Source: a virus (Duplodnaviria > Caudoviricetes). Taken from it: a DNA stretch of 27,400 nt. Position numbers and translations under genes: made by a program. The stretch lies in IMG/VR virus record IMGVR_UViG_3300017766_001535, positions 1 through 27,400 of that record; one strand, given 5' to 3'. How positions within the stretch are numbered: position 1 is the stretch's first letter; each line of letters opens with the position of its first letter. Positions 8,609-17,465 of this stretch are shown piece after piece. The notes beneath the pieces are model-generated. The model had not been told where the DNA came from and did not search any database. It saw only the letters and a list, made by a program, of their open reading frames with translations.

Positions 8609-9919
8609 TTAACTTGTAAAAGTAATATTAATCACAAACGAATCGGTTCCTAGAATTGGTTTAATTATAAGATCTACAGTAAGTGCAGTAGCATAATCTG
8701 TATTATTTGATGAATCGCAAATTACTTGTGCTTCCGATCTTACCATTGCGTATGCATATTGATCAAGAATATTATTAATTTCTGCAATTAAAGAATTTCT
8801 TGTTGTTTGTATATTTAATTCAAAGAGATATTTTGTACCAACTTGATTAATTTTTTGTGTTAGAATTCTTCTCAAGAATGCCGGGCCAACTCGTTCATCT
8901 ACTATAACTGGGCTAGAAGATCCAGTTGCACCTACCAAATCTCCTCCCAAAAACTTAGGATCATTATTTACATAAAAATTTACTCTATTTGATCTTAGCG
9001 TTGTTTTTAATGTAGATGACCATTCAACAGAGTTTATAATTCCTCTATTTAAGACTGTTGATCTATCTATACCAGCAACAGTCAAGAATAATTCATTAAG
9101 ATTTTTGGAAGTATTGAACGCACCAGCAACGTCTGCGACAGCAGGAATTTGATAAGTCAATTGACTTCCGTTTTGCAATGTTGTTGTTGTGTAGGTAGTA
9201 CCATTGATACCGTATACATTAAAAATTCTATCAGCTACAGTTGCCCCAGTAACAAATGGTACATTTGCTGGAGAACTAAGATAAGTTGTCCAGTCCGCTG
9301 CTGTGGTTCCATCACCATCGCCAGCCGAAGGAAATATTCCTATAACTCCAGGTTTAGTTTCTAACCATGTTCCTAATGATGTATTGGCTGTATTACCAAT
9401 CAATACTTCAATATTAGTATTTGTAGCAATCTCATACTGATTTAATCCAGCTGTAGTTCCCGCAATAATAAGTTTTGAACCATATGCAAGATAATGTAAG
9501 CAATGTAAGAAATCATTTCCTTGTGGTAAACGTACAGCAACATCTGTTGCTGATGTTTGTTGAAATAGACCCCATGTACCACCACTTCCGGTATATGATA
9601 TAAGTGCATTTGTTACGCCAGAAAGTTTATTTAAATCACCAATAAATGTTGCTGGATCAGTATAAACAATATACTTATCACCTGTAGTACCAATTGCTGG
9701 ACTTGTTTTATAATTTCTTGCATATATTAGCCAGCCAAATAAACCACCGGGATCTTTTTCTGCCGAGTTTGCTCCTCCTGGCGCAGCACTACTAAAAGAA
9801 GGAAGAACAAATGTAGAACCCGCTAAGATTGCAGCATTGATTGGGTTTGCCGTAGGGGTTAATGTATTAAATTGGCTTGAGTTTAAAAATGATCCTAAAT
9901 TTGGATTCGTATTTGGCAT
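8609..9919 (-). CDS. gp18: Tail sheath protein, short and divergent
   Basis: Lies between gp17 and gp19; C-terminal KYLFELN..TTR, VICDSSNNT and VDLIIKP match the sheath C-terminal domain; FL.YG-like motif (YLAYGSKL). Confidence 0.8.
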   Translation of the reverse strand: MPNTNPNLGSFLNSSQFNTLTPTANPINAAILAGSTFVLPSFSSAAPGGANSAEKDPGGLFGWLIYARNYKTSPAIGTTGDKYIVYTDPATFIGDLNKLSGVTNALISYTGSGGTWGLFQQTSATDVAVRLPQGNDFLHCLHYLAYGSKLIIAGTTAGLNQYEIATNTNIEVLIGNTANTSLGTWLETKPGVIGIFPSAGDGDGTTAADWTTYLSSPANVPFVTGATVADRIFNVYGINGTTYTTTTLQNGSQLTYQIPAVADVAGAFNTSKNLNELFLTVAGIDRSTVLNRGIINSVEWSSTLKTTLRSNRVNFYVNNDPKFLGGDLVGATGSSSPVIVDERVGPAFLRRILTQKINQVGTKYLFELNIQTTRNSLIAEINNILDQYAYAMVRSEAQVICDSSNNTDYATALTVDLIIKPILGTDSFVINITFTS

Positions 9920-9942
9920 GTTGCTACCTTATCTCTTCCAAA

Positions 9943-9950
9943 TATTTATA
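9943..9950 (-). promoter_or_regulatory. Late promoter TATAAATA for gp18
   Basis: Exact T4 late consensus in the gp17-gp18 gap. Confidence 0.85.
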
Positions 9951-9956
9951 ATTTTT

Positions 9957-11612
9957 TTAAGCAGGGTACCAAACTACATGACCATCTGAAAACTCTTCAT
10001 CATCACCATTTTGTTGATTATTCATTGAAAAAAGAACATTATCTTCCTCTGTAGTATCAGTTTGGGTATATGCAAATTTAGCACTTTCTATTAAATCTGC
10101 ATAATATTCTTGTCTGGTTAACCAAGAAAAGAAAACTAATGTCATTACCAGATCGTCATGTTGACCTTCTTCGGCCTTGTATGTATTAGATCTTGATACA
10201 AATGACATCAATTCTTGAACTATCCTATCATCATTTAACAATATTTTGTCTTCTTCTACCAATCTTTTTAAGATAGCACACCCCAATTTTTTTGTTTGAG
10301 CTGTTGTTCTTAATCCCATTTCGTTTCTGCCAGTTCCACCAAATCCTTGAGACAAAACTTGTCCTTTTCTTCCCATTATTTTTGTCATTAATAAATTTTC
10401 ATATCCAAGATCATTATAAAGGATATGAGAAACTTGTCCACCTAGATCATTAGTTTCAATAAGCACAAAGGCATTGTTATACTTTTCGCCTGCTGTTTTT
10501 ATAATTTGAGGAAAATTAAATGGGCTTATAGTATTATTTCTAAAACTGGCAACCACCTTATATGGAGTCTCAGATCCCTCTATGATAGTAAATGCCGAAT
10601 AATCTGATCCCTGTCCTCGTGAAACGTCAGCTTGCAAAAAATATATTTTATCTTTTACGGGTTCTTCAAAAATTCTAAACCCTTCAGCATTTTCTGAAAT
10701 AAATTCTTCTGGAGCTAATACATTCAATTTTGTTGAAGATATAAGAGTATTAGCAGATCCAAGAAAGCTGCAGCCATATTCTTGTTGAAATTGTTCTTCA
10801 CTTGTGTTAGCAATTTGTTCTGCTGCCCATGCATCATCTCTTCGCGGACCACCGGGGGTAATTGGAACTTGTCTCCAACTTACATCAATTGGAACAAATT
10901 TATTCTTTAATTTATGTCCTTCTGGACGATTTGCATCTACCCAAAGTTTATGAAAATGATTCATCCCATTTGGTGTAGAAACAATAATAAGTTTAGTTGT
11001 TAAACCTGCTGAAATGGTGGGATACGTAGATGAATAAAATTCTTCAGCAATATGAGATGGCAAGAAGGCGTATTCGTCCAACAGAAGTAGGTTATAAGAG
11101 CCACCACGGATCGCAGAAGACGATGTTGCGTCACATACGACTCTAGACCCATTTTCTAGTTTAAAACTCGTCTTATTCCATTCTACTACACCTTGTTGCA
11201 GAAAGTGTGGTAGATTTTCATATGCCAATTGTAGTTTGGCAAATAATTCGTCTTTTGCAGTCTTTAATTTGTTTGCAAGAATTGCACAACTTACAGATTG
11301 ATTAAAAGTCACATAATGTGTAATATAACCAATTACCGAAGTAGATTTGCCAGACTGGCGAGGCCATTTTGAAATGGTAAAACGATTATCATGAATTGCT
11401 TTTACAAATTTTTGTTGATAATCGTATAACTCAAAAGGCATAACACCTTTATCAAGTGTTTTTACTTTTACATATTTACTACAAAAATAAACCGGATCTT
11501 TGGCACACTTGATATATTCTTCTAGCTGCTCTTTGGTATAAGGTATATCGATACCAGGAGGTTTTAACTTTGGGTTGTTTCTATACCCTTGATTTTTATT
11601 GTTTAGGCTCAT
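9957..11612 (-). CDS. gp17: Terminase large subunit
   Basis: Walker A PRQSGKST, Walker B LLLLDEYAF, coupling motif VSTPNG, RNase H-like ADVSRG and HDDLVM. Confidence 0.99.
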   Translation of the reverse strand: MSLNNKNQGYRNNPKLKPPGIDIPYTKEQLEEYIKCAKDPVYFCSKYVKVKTLDKGVMPFELYDYQQKFVKAIHDNRFTISKWPRQSGKSTSVIGYITHYVTFNQSVSCAILANKLKTAKDELFAKLQLAYENLPHFLQQGVVEWNKTSFKLENGSRVVCDATSSSAIRGGSYNLLLLDEYAFLPSHIAEEFYSSTYPTISAGLTTKLIIVSTPNGMNHFHKLWVDANRPEGHKLKNKFVPIDVSWRQVPITPGGPRRDDAWAAEQIANTSEEQFQQEYGCSFLGSANTLISSTKLNVLAPEEFISENAEGFRIFEEPVKDKIYFLQADVSRGQGSDYSAFTIIEGSETPYKVVASFRNNTISPFNFPQIIKTAGEKYNNAFVLIETNDLGGQVSHILYNDLGYENLLMTKIMGRKGQVLSQGFGGTGRNEMGLRTTAQTKKLGCAILKRLVEEDKILLNDDRIVQELMSFVSRSNTYKAEEGQHDDLVMTLVFFSWLTRQEYYADLIESAKFAYTQTDTTEEDNVLFSMNNQQNGDDEEFSDGHVVWYPA

Positions 11613-12045
11613 TTGAATTTAACACTTCAGCATCTATAACTTTTTCTGTACTTCTCTCTTTATTTAACAGATTCTGAAGATCGGTAGTAGAACCAACAAA
11701 CACTGAATTGTTTGTTTGTTTTAATTCAATTTTTTGTGATGTAGTGTCTTTGGCTTTTTTATGGACATCAAGTACGTTGTTGTTCAAATCGGCCATGGTC
11801 TTAAGAAGAATAGCAACAACTTCAAATGCTCTGGGTGCGTCAGATTCAATAGCAACTTTTAAAGCACTTTCCAGTGCAACGTTTCCAGAATTTATAAGTT
11901 CTTTAAAATTAGATTGAACAGTTTCGTAATCTTTTTGAAAATTATTTGTGTTAAATGTACCACCAGCCATATCTTTGGCTGCTGTTTGTTTTTCTAAACT
12001 TGTTGGTACATTAAAAAAATTAGATAAATTTTTGTTTATATTCAT
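11596..12045 (-). CDS. gp16: Terminase small subunit
   Basis: KDYE...N, ESDAPRAFEV and TNNSVFVGSTTDLQ motifs; ATG at 12045 preferred over the TTG at 12054. Confidence 0.9.
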   Translation of the reverse strand: MNINKNLSNFFNVPTSLEKQTAAKDMAGGTFNTNNFQKDYETVQSNFKELINSGNVALESALKVAIESDAPRAFEVVAILLKTMADLNNNVLDVHKKAKDTTSQKIELKQTNNSVFVGSTTDLQNLLNKERSTEKVIDAEVLNSNEPKQ

Positions 12046-12054
12046 AAAGAGCAA

Positions 12055-12735
12055 TCAACTATAATAAGAATCATCAAACGTAATACCACGGAGATCTATA
12101 TCTGCAATTGTTGTAAATGTATTGACTTTACCAAAGATATAAGATTTAGCAATAAAATTAAAACTAGAAATATTCATTCTACGGTTTCCAAAATCACCAT
12201 CATATCTTTCACTTATACTATTGCTTACCATTGTTATTGGAACATGAACATCCGATTGTGCACTATTCATATCCAATGAAATTATGTGATCTGGATTAAA
12301 ATAAGGCATTATTTGCTCTACAATCTGCAAAGTATCATTTAAATGCCTAGTGTATATAAACAAAGAAAATGAAATGTTTACTGGCACTTGTTGAGCAATA
12401 AGTCCTGCATTTCCAGTGCAGCTGTTGGGATAATTCGACATTGTTTTTAATGGAGTAGACTTATTTGTTCTTCTAGATGGATCTGGAACAATAGAAGTCA
12501 TCATATAACTCAACCTAGGGAGTTGATTTTCAATGCGCGTACCATCATTAATAGAAGATGTTTCCAGTAATCTTCTTATAAATTTTTCTTGAGGTGCATA
12601 TGTAATTGGCACTCTTATTGTAAATGGGTTGTTTGCATCATCTGGATTTGTGTGCTGTACATCAATATTGCTAAAAAGAGAACCAAATCCTATTACAATT
12701 TTTCTTAAATTTTGATTATAGAAATAAGTAAACAT
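12055..12735 (-). CDS. gp15: Tail sheath stabilizer / tail terminator
   Basis: YFYNQNLRKIVIGFGSLFSNI, RVPITYAPQEKF, LPRLSY and LQIVEQIMPYFNP motifs. Confidence 0.95.
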   Translation of the reverse strand: MFTYFYNQNLRKIVIGFGSLFSNIDVQHTNPDDANNPFTIRVPITYAPQEKFIRRLLETSSINDGTRIENQLPRLSYMMTSIVPDPSRRTNKSTPLKTMSNYPNSCTGNAGLIAQQVPVNISFSLFIYTRHLNDTLQIVEQIMPYFNPDHIISLDMNSAQSDVHVPITMVSNSISERYDGDFGNRRMNISSFNFIAKSYIFGKVNTFTTIADIDLRGITFDDSYYS

Positions 12736-12746
12736 TTGTTATCCTA

Positions 12747-13388
12747 TTAGCAAGGCTGGTTTTTATCTACATTAAAAAGATCAGCTTCATCATCAATTAC
12801 ATCATTAATACCCGCTGTAGTACCAATTATATTATTAAGTGGTATTATTGTACTTCCAGATGTATCTTTTGTGCCCGAAGATACAGAATCCAACGCAGGA
12901 ATATCCGTATCAATTTTTTCATAACTGTAGGTGAAGAGTTCGGCAGTTATAAGATAGGAATACAATTTACCTAGAGGATAAAAAGGATTTTCATGCTCAA
13001 CAAAGTTTATTTCAAACAAAGATTTTGAAGTAGGAAAGTAAATTAAATCTCCTTCTCTGGGTCTTGTTATGGCTGTATTTTTATTAGTAACTTCTTCTTT
13101 GAAACGTCGTCTTGCAAAAACAAGAGACACTTTATCTTTAATTTCAATACCAAATTGAGTTATAATATCCGTACCATCGAATCCCTTAAATGATTGAAGA
13201 TACATTTCGATTGTATATGTGGTGGTAAATGATGAACCTGGATCTTCACCAAAAACTTTATCTATGCTCAGATATTCTCTAGGAACATATAAACAATCTT
13301 GACCAGTTGCTTTTATAATTTCAACGGTGATATCTTCGACAAGATTTTGTTCATTCGTGTTATTATAAAAGTATGGATTAATTGCCAT
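12747..13388 (-). CDS. gp14: Neck protein (head closure)
   Basis: NPYF, EQNLVED...E.IK..G, YVPR, IEMY, RPREGDLIYFP and LFEINFVEHENPFYPLGK motifs. Confidence 0.95.
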   Translation of the reverse strand: MAINPYFYNNTNEQNLVEDITVEIIKATGQDCLYVPREYLSIDKVFGEDPGSSFTTTYTIEMYLQSFKGFDGTDIITQFGIEIKDKVSLVFARRRFKEEVTNKNTAITRPREGDLIYFPTSKSLFEINFVEHENPFYPLGKLYSYLITAELFTYSYEKIDTDIPALDSVSSGTKDTSGSTIIPLNNIIGTTAGINDVIDDEADLFNVDKNQPC

Positions 13389-13389
13389 T

Positions 13390-14220
13390 TTAGCCTATCT
13401 GGGGTTCTACTGGTAGTTCTTGTGTCTTAGTCAACATCAATTCTAGTTCCTTTAGATCTGATATAGCTTCATTTAAAATTGCAGCTGCATTTAATTGAGC
13501 GCCACCGGGAAGAGGAACACCAGCAAACTTAATTAAATTTTGACCCCATTGTTTCTTTAACATGGCTGTAAAGTATCTTTGAAAAATTCTATCTTTCCAA
13601 ACTTTTTCATACAGATCAGTATCGACTTCAACATAAGCCTCAATCATCATATAGCCTTCTGCCTGAAGTTTGGTAAAATCAGTATCTAAAAATAGTCTGT
13701 CAGTTGTTCTCGTATATGTAAAAGACATTGGATAATTGAATACATCATTAACCAATTTTACATAGCTCATGGATTCCATATATGATGCAATTGGTCCCAT
13801 GGGAGTGCCCGATTGATTATAATACAAACCAAAGAAATCAAATAAAGTAAGTTGATATCTTAAATCAAACATATAAACACCAACAGAAGCATTTGGAGCA
13901 AATACTTTACTTATAGTACGTATATCTGTTGCTTTTGGCCACATTTCTGTGCTTCCATCAGACAGTGTTCTTTGTTGTGCTCCAATAGCATTTCCCAATG
14001 CCGTAGTATTAATATACCGATTGGCAATATCTTGAGATGTTAATTGATAGGCGAACAAAGCACGTTGATTAAAATCAAAATGCCTCTCGTGCATATACTC
14101 CAGAGCTTCTTCCAGTCTATCCTCTACTTGCTGAGGATCTACGTTAATCTGGAGAACAGGTGCACCCAAAGTTCGAAGGCAATAATCAATAAATTCTTGT
14201 TTTGTGGTTGGTGTTGCCAT
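13390..14220 (-). CDS. gp13: Neck protein (head-tail adaptor)
   Basis: P.TKQEFIDYCLRTLGAPVLQINVD..QVEDR and KKQWGQNLIKFAGVPLPGG motifs. Confidence 0.95.
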   Translation of the reverse strand: MATPTTKQEFIDYCLRTLGAPVLQINVDPQQVEDRLEEALEYMHERHFDFNQRALFAYQLTSQDIANRYINTTALGNAIGAQQRTLSDGSTEMWPKATDIRTISKVFAPNASVGVYMFDLRYQLTLFDFFGLYYNQSGTPMGPIASYMESMSYVKLVNDVFNYPMSFTYTRTTDRLFLDTDFTKLQAEGYMMIEAYVEVDTDLYEKVWKDRIFQRYFTAMLKKQWGQNLIKFAGVPLPGGAQLNAAAILNEAISDLKELELMLTKTQELPVEPQIG

Positions 14221-14228
14221 TATACAAA

Positions 14229-14236
14229 TATTTATG
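14229..14236 (-). promoter_or_regulatory. Late promoter CATAAATA for gp13
   Basis: Overlaps the upstream stop codon and lies 8 nt before the gp13 ATG. Confidence 0.6.
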
Positions 14237-14672
14237 AATTACGTAAAATTTTATTTACTTCTTCTAATAATTTTTCTTTTTCTTCACTTTGACCTACTGT
14301 AACTTGTATCAAACTGAGCTTTTCTGGATCAAAATTTTCAATTTGATCTCTTCTGGTTTTGTCTGTTTGATTATTGGGATCGTAATTAGTAAACCCCGGC
14401 ATCTGCATTGGACAGTTTAAAGAAGGATAATCTAATTTAGAATACTCTCCAACTGCTTTCAATAGCCATGTATTGCTGTTATCTCCACATCCACATCCAC
14501 CACAATAAAAATATTCAGATTTTTTACTTTTAATGAGTTTAGGGCATGCTGGTATATCACCATGACCAAAACAAGAAAGAGTTCTTAATTTTTTAGTAGG
14601 TAAATCAATTTTAGTATTGCTCAAACCTCTAGATGCTATAGCCATTGCCAGCATCATCATTTTTTTGAACAT
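14232..14672 (-). CDS. Cys-rich hypothetical protein, possibly metal-binding
   Basis: 146-aa ORF with C..CP..YCGGCGCGD..CP pattern; co-oriented and tightly packed. Confidence 0.65.
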   Translation of the reverse strand: MFKKMMMLAMAIASRGLSNTKIDLPTKKLRTLSCFGHGDIPACPKLIKSKKSEYFYCGGCGCGDNSNTWLLKAVGEYSKLDYPSLNCPMQMPGFTNYDPNNQTDKTRRDQIENFDPEKLSLIQVTVGQSEEKEKLLEEVNKILRNS

Positions 14673-14674
14673 AA

Positions 14675-15295
14675 TTACACACTTTCATAAATTACAGTCA
14701 TTCCAGCTGGAATGACATGTTCAGCTAAGAAATTTTTATGTTTATCCAAAACATTTGCTTTAATTTGTATTATACCAGGAGAAGCGGTATAAACTTGTGT
14801 TGTAGAATATGGCATATTTAAAAGGCAAGTCAGGACATACTTTATTGCTTTTGTGGTGCCTTTAATATCAAAATATGAACCTTGAACTTGCAAAGAAAAT
14901 CTTCTTATATTTGGTAATATATCTGAAAGGTCATCAGATGCAAAATCTGCACCAGGAAAATAACTTTCAGCAAATCCTTCTAATAGTTTAGAATCAATTG
15001 TAATTGGAGATCTTATATTTTCCCAATCTAGTTGGGCACCATAACCATACTTTAAACTAAAAAGCCATCTAAGATAATTTTTAATAATTGGAATTACCAA
15101 TACATTTTCAGTATCATTATTATAAGCTTTAATAATCCATTCAGGAAACAATGAATTTATTGTAAGAGAATCACCAAACCAATATTCTCCTTGAATATTA
15201 TAGAATTCGGATCCATAAAGCTGTTTGGCTTTTTGAATAAGCTTTTCTATTTTACCTTCAACAGTTACGGGAATATGATTGAATAATAATATCAT
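14675..15295 (-). CDS. gp7: Minimal baseplate wedge subunit (gp7-like / P2 gpI-like)
   Basis: Follows gp6; SLFPEWI, IKNYLRWL, DIKGTTKAIKYVLTCLLN (KGT motif) and HVIPAGM (HPAG-like) motifs. Confidence 0.65.
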   Translation of the reverse strand: MILLFNHIPVTVEGKIEKLIQKAKQLYGSEFYNIQGEYWFGDSLTINSLFPEWIIKAYNNDTENVLVIPIIKNYLRWLFSLKYGYGAQLDWENIRSPITIDSKLLEGFAESYFPGADFASDDLSDILPNIRRFSLQVQGSYFDIKGTTKAIKYVLTCLLNMPYSTTQVYTASPGIIQIKANVLDKHKNFLAEHVIPAGMTVIYESV

Positions 15296-16362
15296 AGAGT
15301 ATAATTAATTGTTATTCCAGCTGGCCCAGTAGCAGATAAAAATTCTAATAGAGATGTTTGATCAGATGCAGATAGTCCAGCATCAACATATACATTAACA
15401 GAATATGGAGTGCTTCCATTTGACACTGTGATTACATCTGGATCTGTGGTACCAAAAACTCCAGAAGACATAATTGCATATTTAAGATCATTCAAAGTTA
15501 CCCATCTACGTCTTCCGTTTCCATTAAAAAGAACTGTAGATCTTGCACGTTCAACATTTAAAGTATCATATCCACCAGAAGGAGTTGGTAAAGAAATAAA
15601 TGTTGTAGTTGAAAGTGGTGTTATTGTTGCATTATTTCCAAGACTTCCGTTTGTGGTTACAGCTATGATTTCAACACGCTTAGATAAATCAATGGAAGAT
15701 GAATTTATAAAATTATTTGTTACGATATAACCATTTGGGCCATTTATTACTGTAAAATAATTACCAGAAGTAGTTGCTTCTGAACCTCTATCTACTCTGC
15801 TATAAATTGTTTGTGTGTTTGTTGGGAGATCAGTAACGACAAATCTTATGGTTCTTGGATCTATGCTTAAAGGCAAAAGAATATACTGACCGGTATAATC
15901 ATAATTTGTATAACTTACAATTTGTGATCCACAGTACAAAGTATAAACATTTGTACCAGCAGGTATAGTATTAATATTAAAGAATAAAACATTAGTACCA
16001 TCTAAGCTTTTTGCTGGAAATGCCGTGTATGGCGATATGGAAGTTGATGCCAAAATTGTAGCGTCAGTTGATGCCGACTGTGTAAATGGTAATAATATGG
16101 ATTCGTTAGAAGCTAATCCAGAAAATGATTCTAAATTTTGTGCAGAAATTTTAAATGATTCATTAAATCCAAAATAACTATACGCACCATTATATGCTGT
16201 TGCTGTTGCCAATATGTTTATTAACATATTGGCAGCACTTGCACTATTTCGAAAATCAATACCAATTAATTGGGGTTGCCCCTCTAAAAAAGTAGTTAAA
16301 GAATTTACTATATCAGTATAGTCTAAAGAAGAAACATTTAAATTTTTTGTATTGTATGCCAT
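15292..16362 (-). CDS. gp6: Baseplate wedge subunit, shortened
   Basis: LNVSSLDYTDIVNSLTTFLEGQ..DF..SA.NMLINILA..TAYN, NESF..SAQ, TTNG..GN, SGG.D and RWVTLND motifs; ATG at 16362 overlaps the gp25 stop (TAATG). Confidence 0.85.
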   Translation of the reverse strand: MAYNTKNLNVSSLDYTDIVNSLTTFLEGQPQLIGIDFRNSASAANMLINILATATAYNGAYSYFGFNESFKISAQNLESFSGLASNESILLPFTQSASTDATILASTSISPYTAFPAKSLDGTNVLFFNINTIPAGTNVYTLYCGSQIVSYTNYDYTGQYILLPLSIDPRTIRFVVTDLPTNTQTIYSRVDRGSEATTSGNYFTVINGPNGYIVTNNFINSSSIDLSKRVEIIAVTTNGSLGNNATITPLSTTTFISLPTPSGGYDTLNVERARSTVLFNGNGRRRWVTLNDLKYAIMSSGVFGTTDPDVITVSNGSTPYSVNVYVDAGLSASDQTSLLEFLSATGPAGITINYTL

Positions 16363-16742
16363 TATAAACTGACCTCTATAGAACAATATATGTTGCTCTG
16401 CAATTTTAACCCATCAAAATAAGAAAATGTAATTTTAAATTGTAAAGAAGATTGACTATAATAATAAAGCTGAACAACCACATTCATAACACCTTGAATA
16501 GATGCTTCAATGTAATGACCCATAGTGGTTTCTAAAGTATTTTTATTACTTACAGGATCAAACAAATACACATAATAATTAGAACCAAAATTTTGATCCG
16601 ATGACAATTCACCTTTATTTGTATTAAAAAGATGCGTAATTTTTTGTACTATACTATTATAACCACTTACCATAGCAATATCAGTGGTGTTGCTGGTAGT
16701 TGGTATTTTCTCAAATAGTATTGAAAAATCTTTAGGTTGCAT
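16362..16742 (-). CDS. gp25: Baseplate wedge subunit / sheath initiator
   Basis: KDFSILF, DI......SIVQKITHLFNTNKGE...QNFGS...LFDP motifs; directly upstream of gp6. Confidence 0.85.
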   Translation of the reverse strand: MQPKDFSILFEKIPTTSNTTDIAMVSGYNSIVQKITHLFNTNKGELSSDQNFGSNYYVYLFDPVSNKNTLETTMGHYIEASIQGVMNVVVQLYYYSQSSLQFKITFSYFDGLKLQSNIYCSIEVSL

Positions 16743-16747
16743 CAAAA

Positions 16748-17464
16748 TTATTTATCTGGAATTTGAGTTACAGTTAATGCTGTTTCGTGAGTTCCACCAC
16801 TATTGAGAACATGTTTAACAGAAACTATAAGATATAATCCAGAAAATATAGATTCTCCCGTATCAATAGGAGATCTTGTTGGATGGTCAACCAATAGTTC
16901 TATTATATAACCGGGACGAAGATTAAAATCACCAGCTACAGTTATGTCTACTTTAGATAGATATTTTAATCCATCTAAAAATTCTCTTCTATCTACTGGA
17001 ACTTTTATTGGAGTTTTCCAGAAAGTTGCAACATTTAAACGATGTTTTAAATAAGCTTCAAAATTGGTGCCAACTTCTGGACACACACAACTAAAAGAGG
17101 CTTCTGGAGTTCCCCATAAACATCCCAACCAGCTTTCACCAAGACTGCTTTTTATTTCATCACATTCTCCTCCAGTTATACCGGTAAGAAGATCTCTGAT
17201 GACCAATGTTCCTTTTGCTGGAACATCTCCTGTTGGACCTTTCCATACATTAGTACTATCTACACCTAATTGTTTTGCTATTTCTTTGACAGCTGGAAAA
17301 GAATCAAAACAATTTTGAAGACTGCCAGGAGATCCCGTCAACCCTCTTGTTATTTCTGAATTAGCACATTCATATGAATGCCTAGAACTAACAGGAGTCA
17401 ATGCACTTTTTGCAATTGTATATGGAAATACTTTTATTTGATTTGTATTTTTTTGATCAGCCAT
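16748..17464 (-). CDS. Baseplate hub (gp27-like) C-terminal part, with Cys-rich N-terminal region
   Basis: C-terminal ITVAGDFNLRPGYIIEL...FSGLYLIVSVKH....HETALTV is the typical last beta-barrel of gp27/gpD-type hubs. Confidence 0.7.
   Translation of the reverse strand: MADQKNTNQIKVFPYTIAKSALTPVSSRHSYECANSEITRGLTGSPGSLQNCFDSFPAVKEIAKQLGVDSTNVWKGPTGDVPAKGTLVIRDLLTGITGGECDEIKSSLGESWLGCLWGTPEASFSCVCPEVGTNFEAYLKHRLNVATFWKTPIKVPVDRREFLDGLKYLSKVDITVAGDFNLRPGYIIELLVDHPTRSPIDTGESIFSGLYLIVSVKHVLNSGGTHETALTVTQIPDK
16749..16756 (-). promoter_or_regulatory. Late promoter variant GATAAATA for gp25
   Basis: TAAATA core lies 6 nt upstream of the ATG at 16742. Confidence 0.5.
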
Positions 17465-17465
17465 A

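Noticed and set aside
1265-11612. Introns or inteins in gp17, gp20 or gp23
   Set aside because: All are continuous and of normal length, with no insertion signatures
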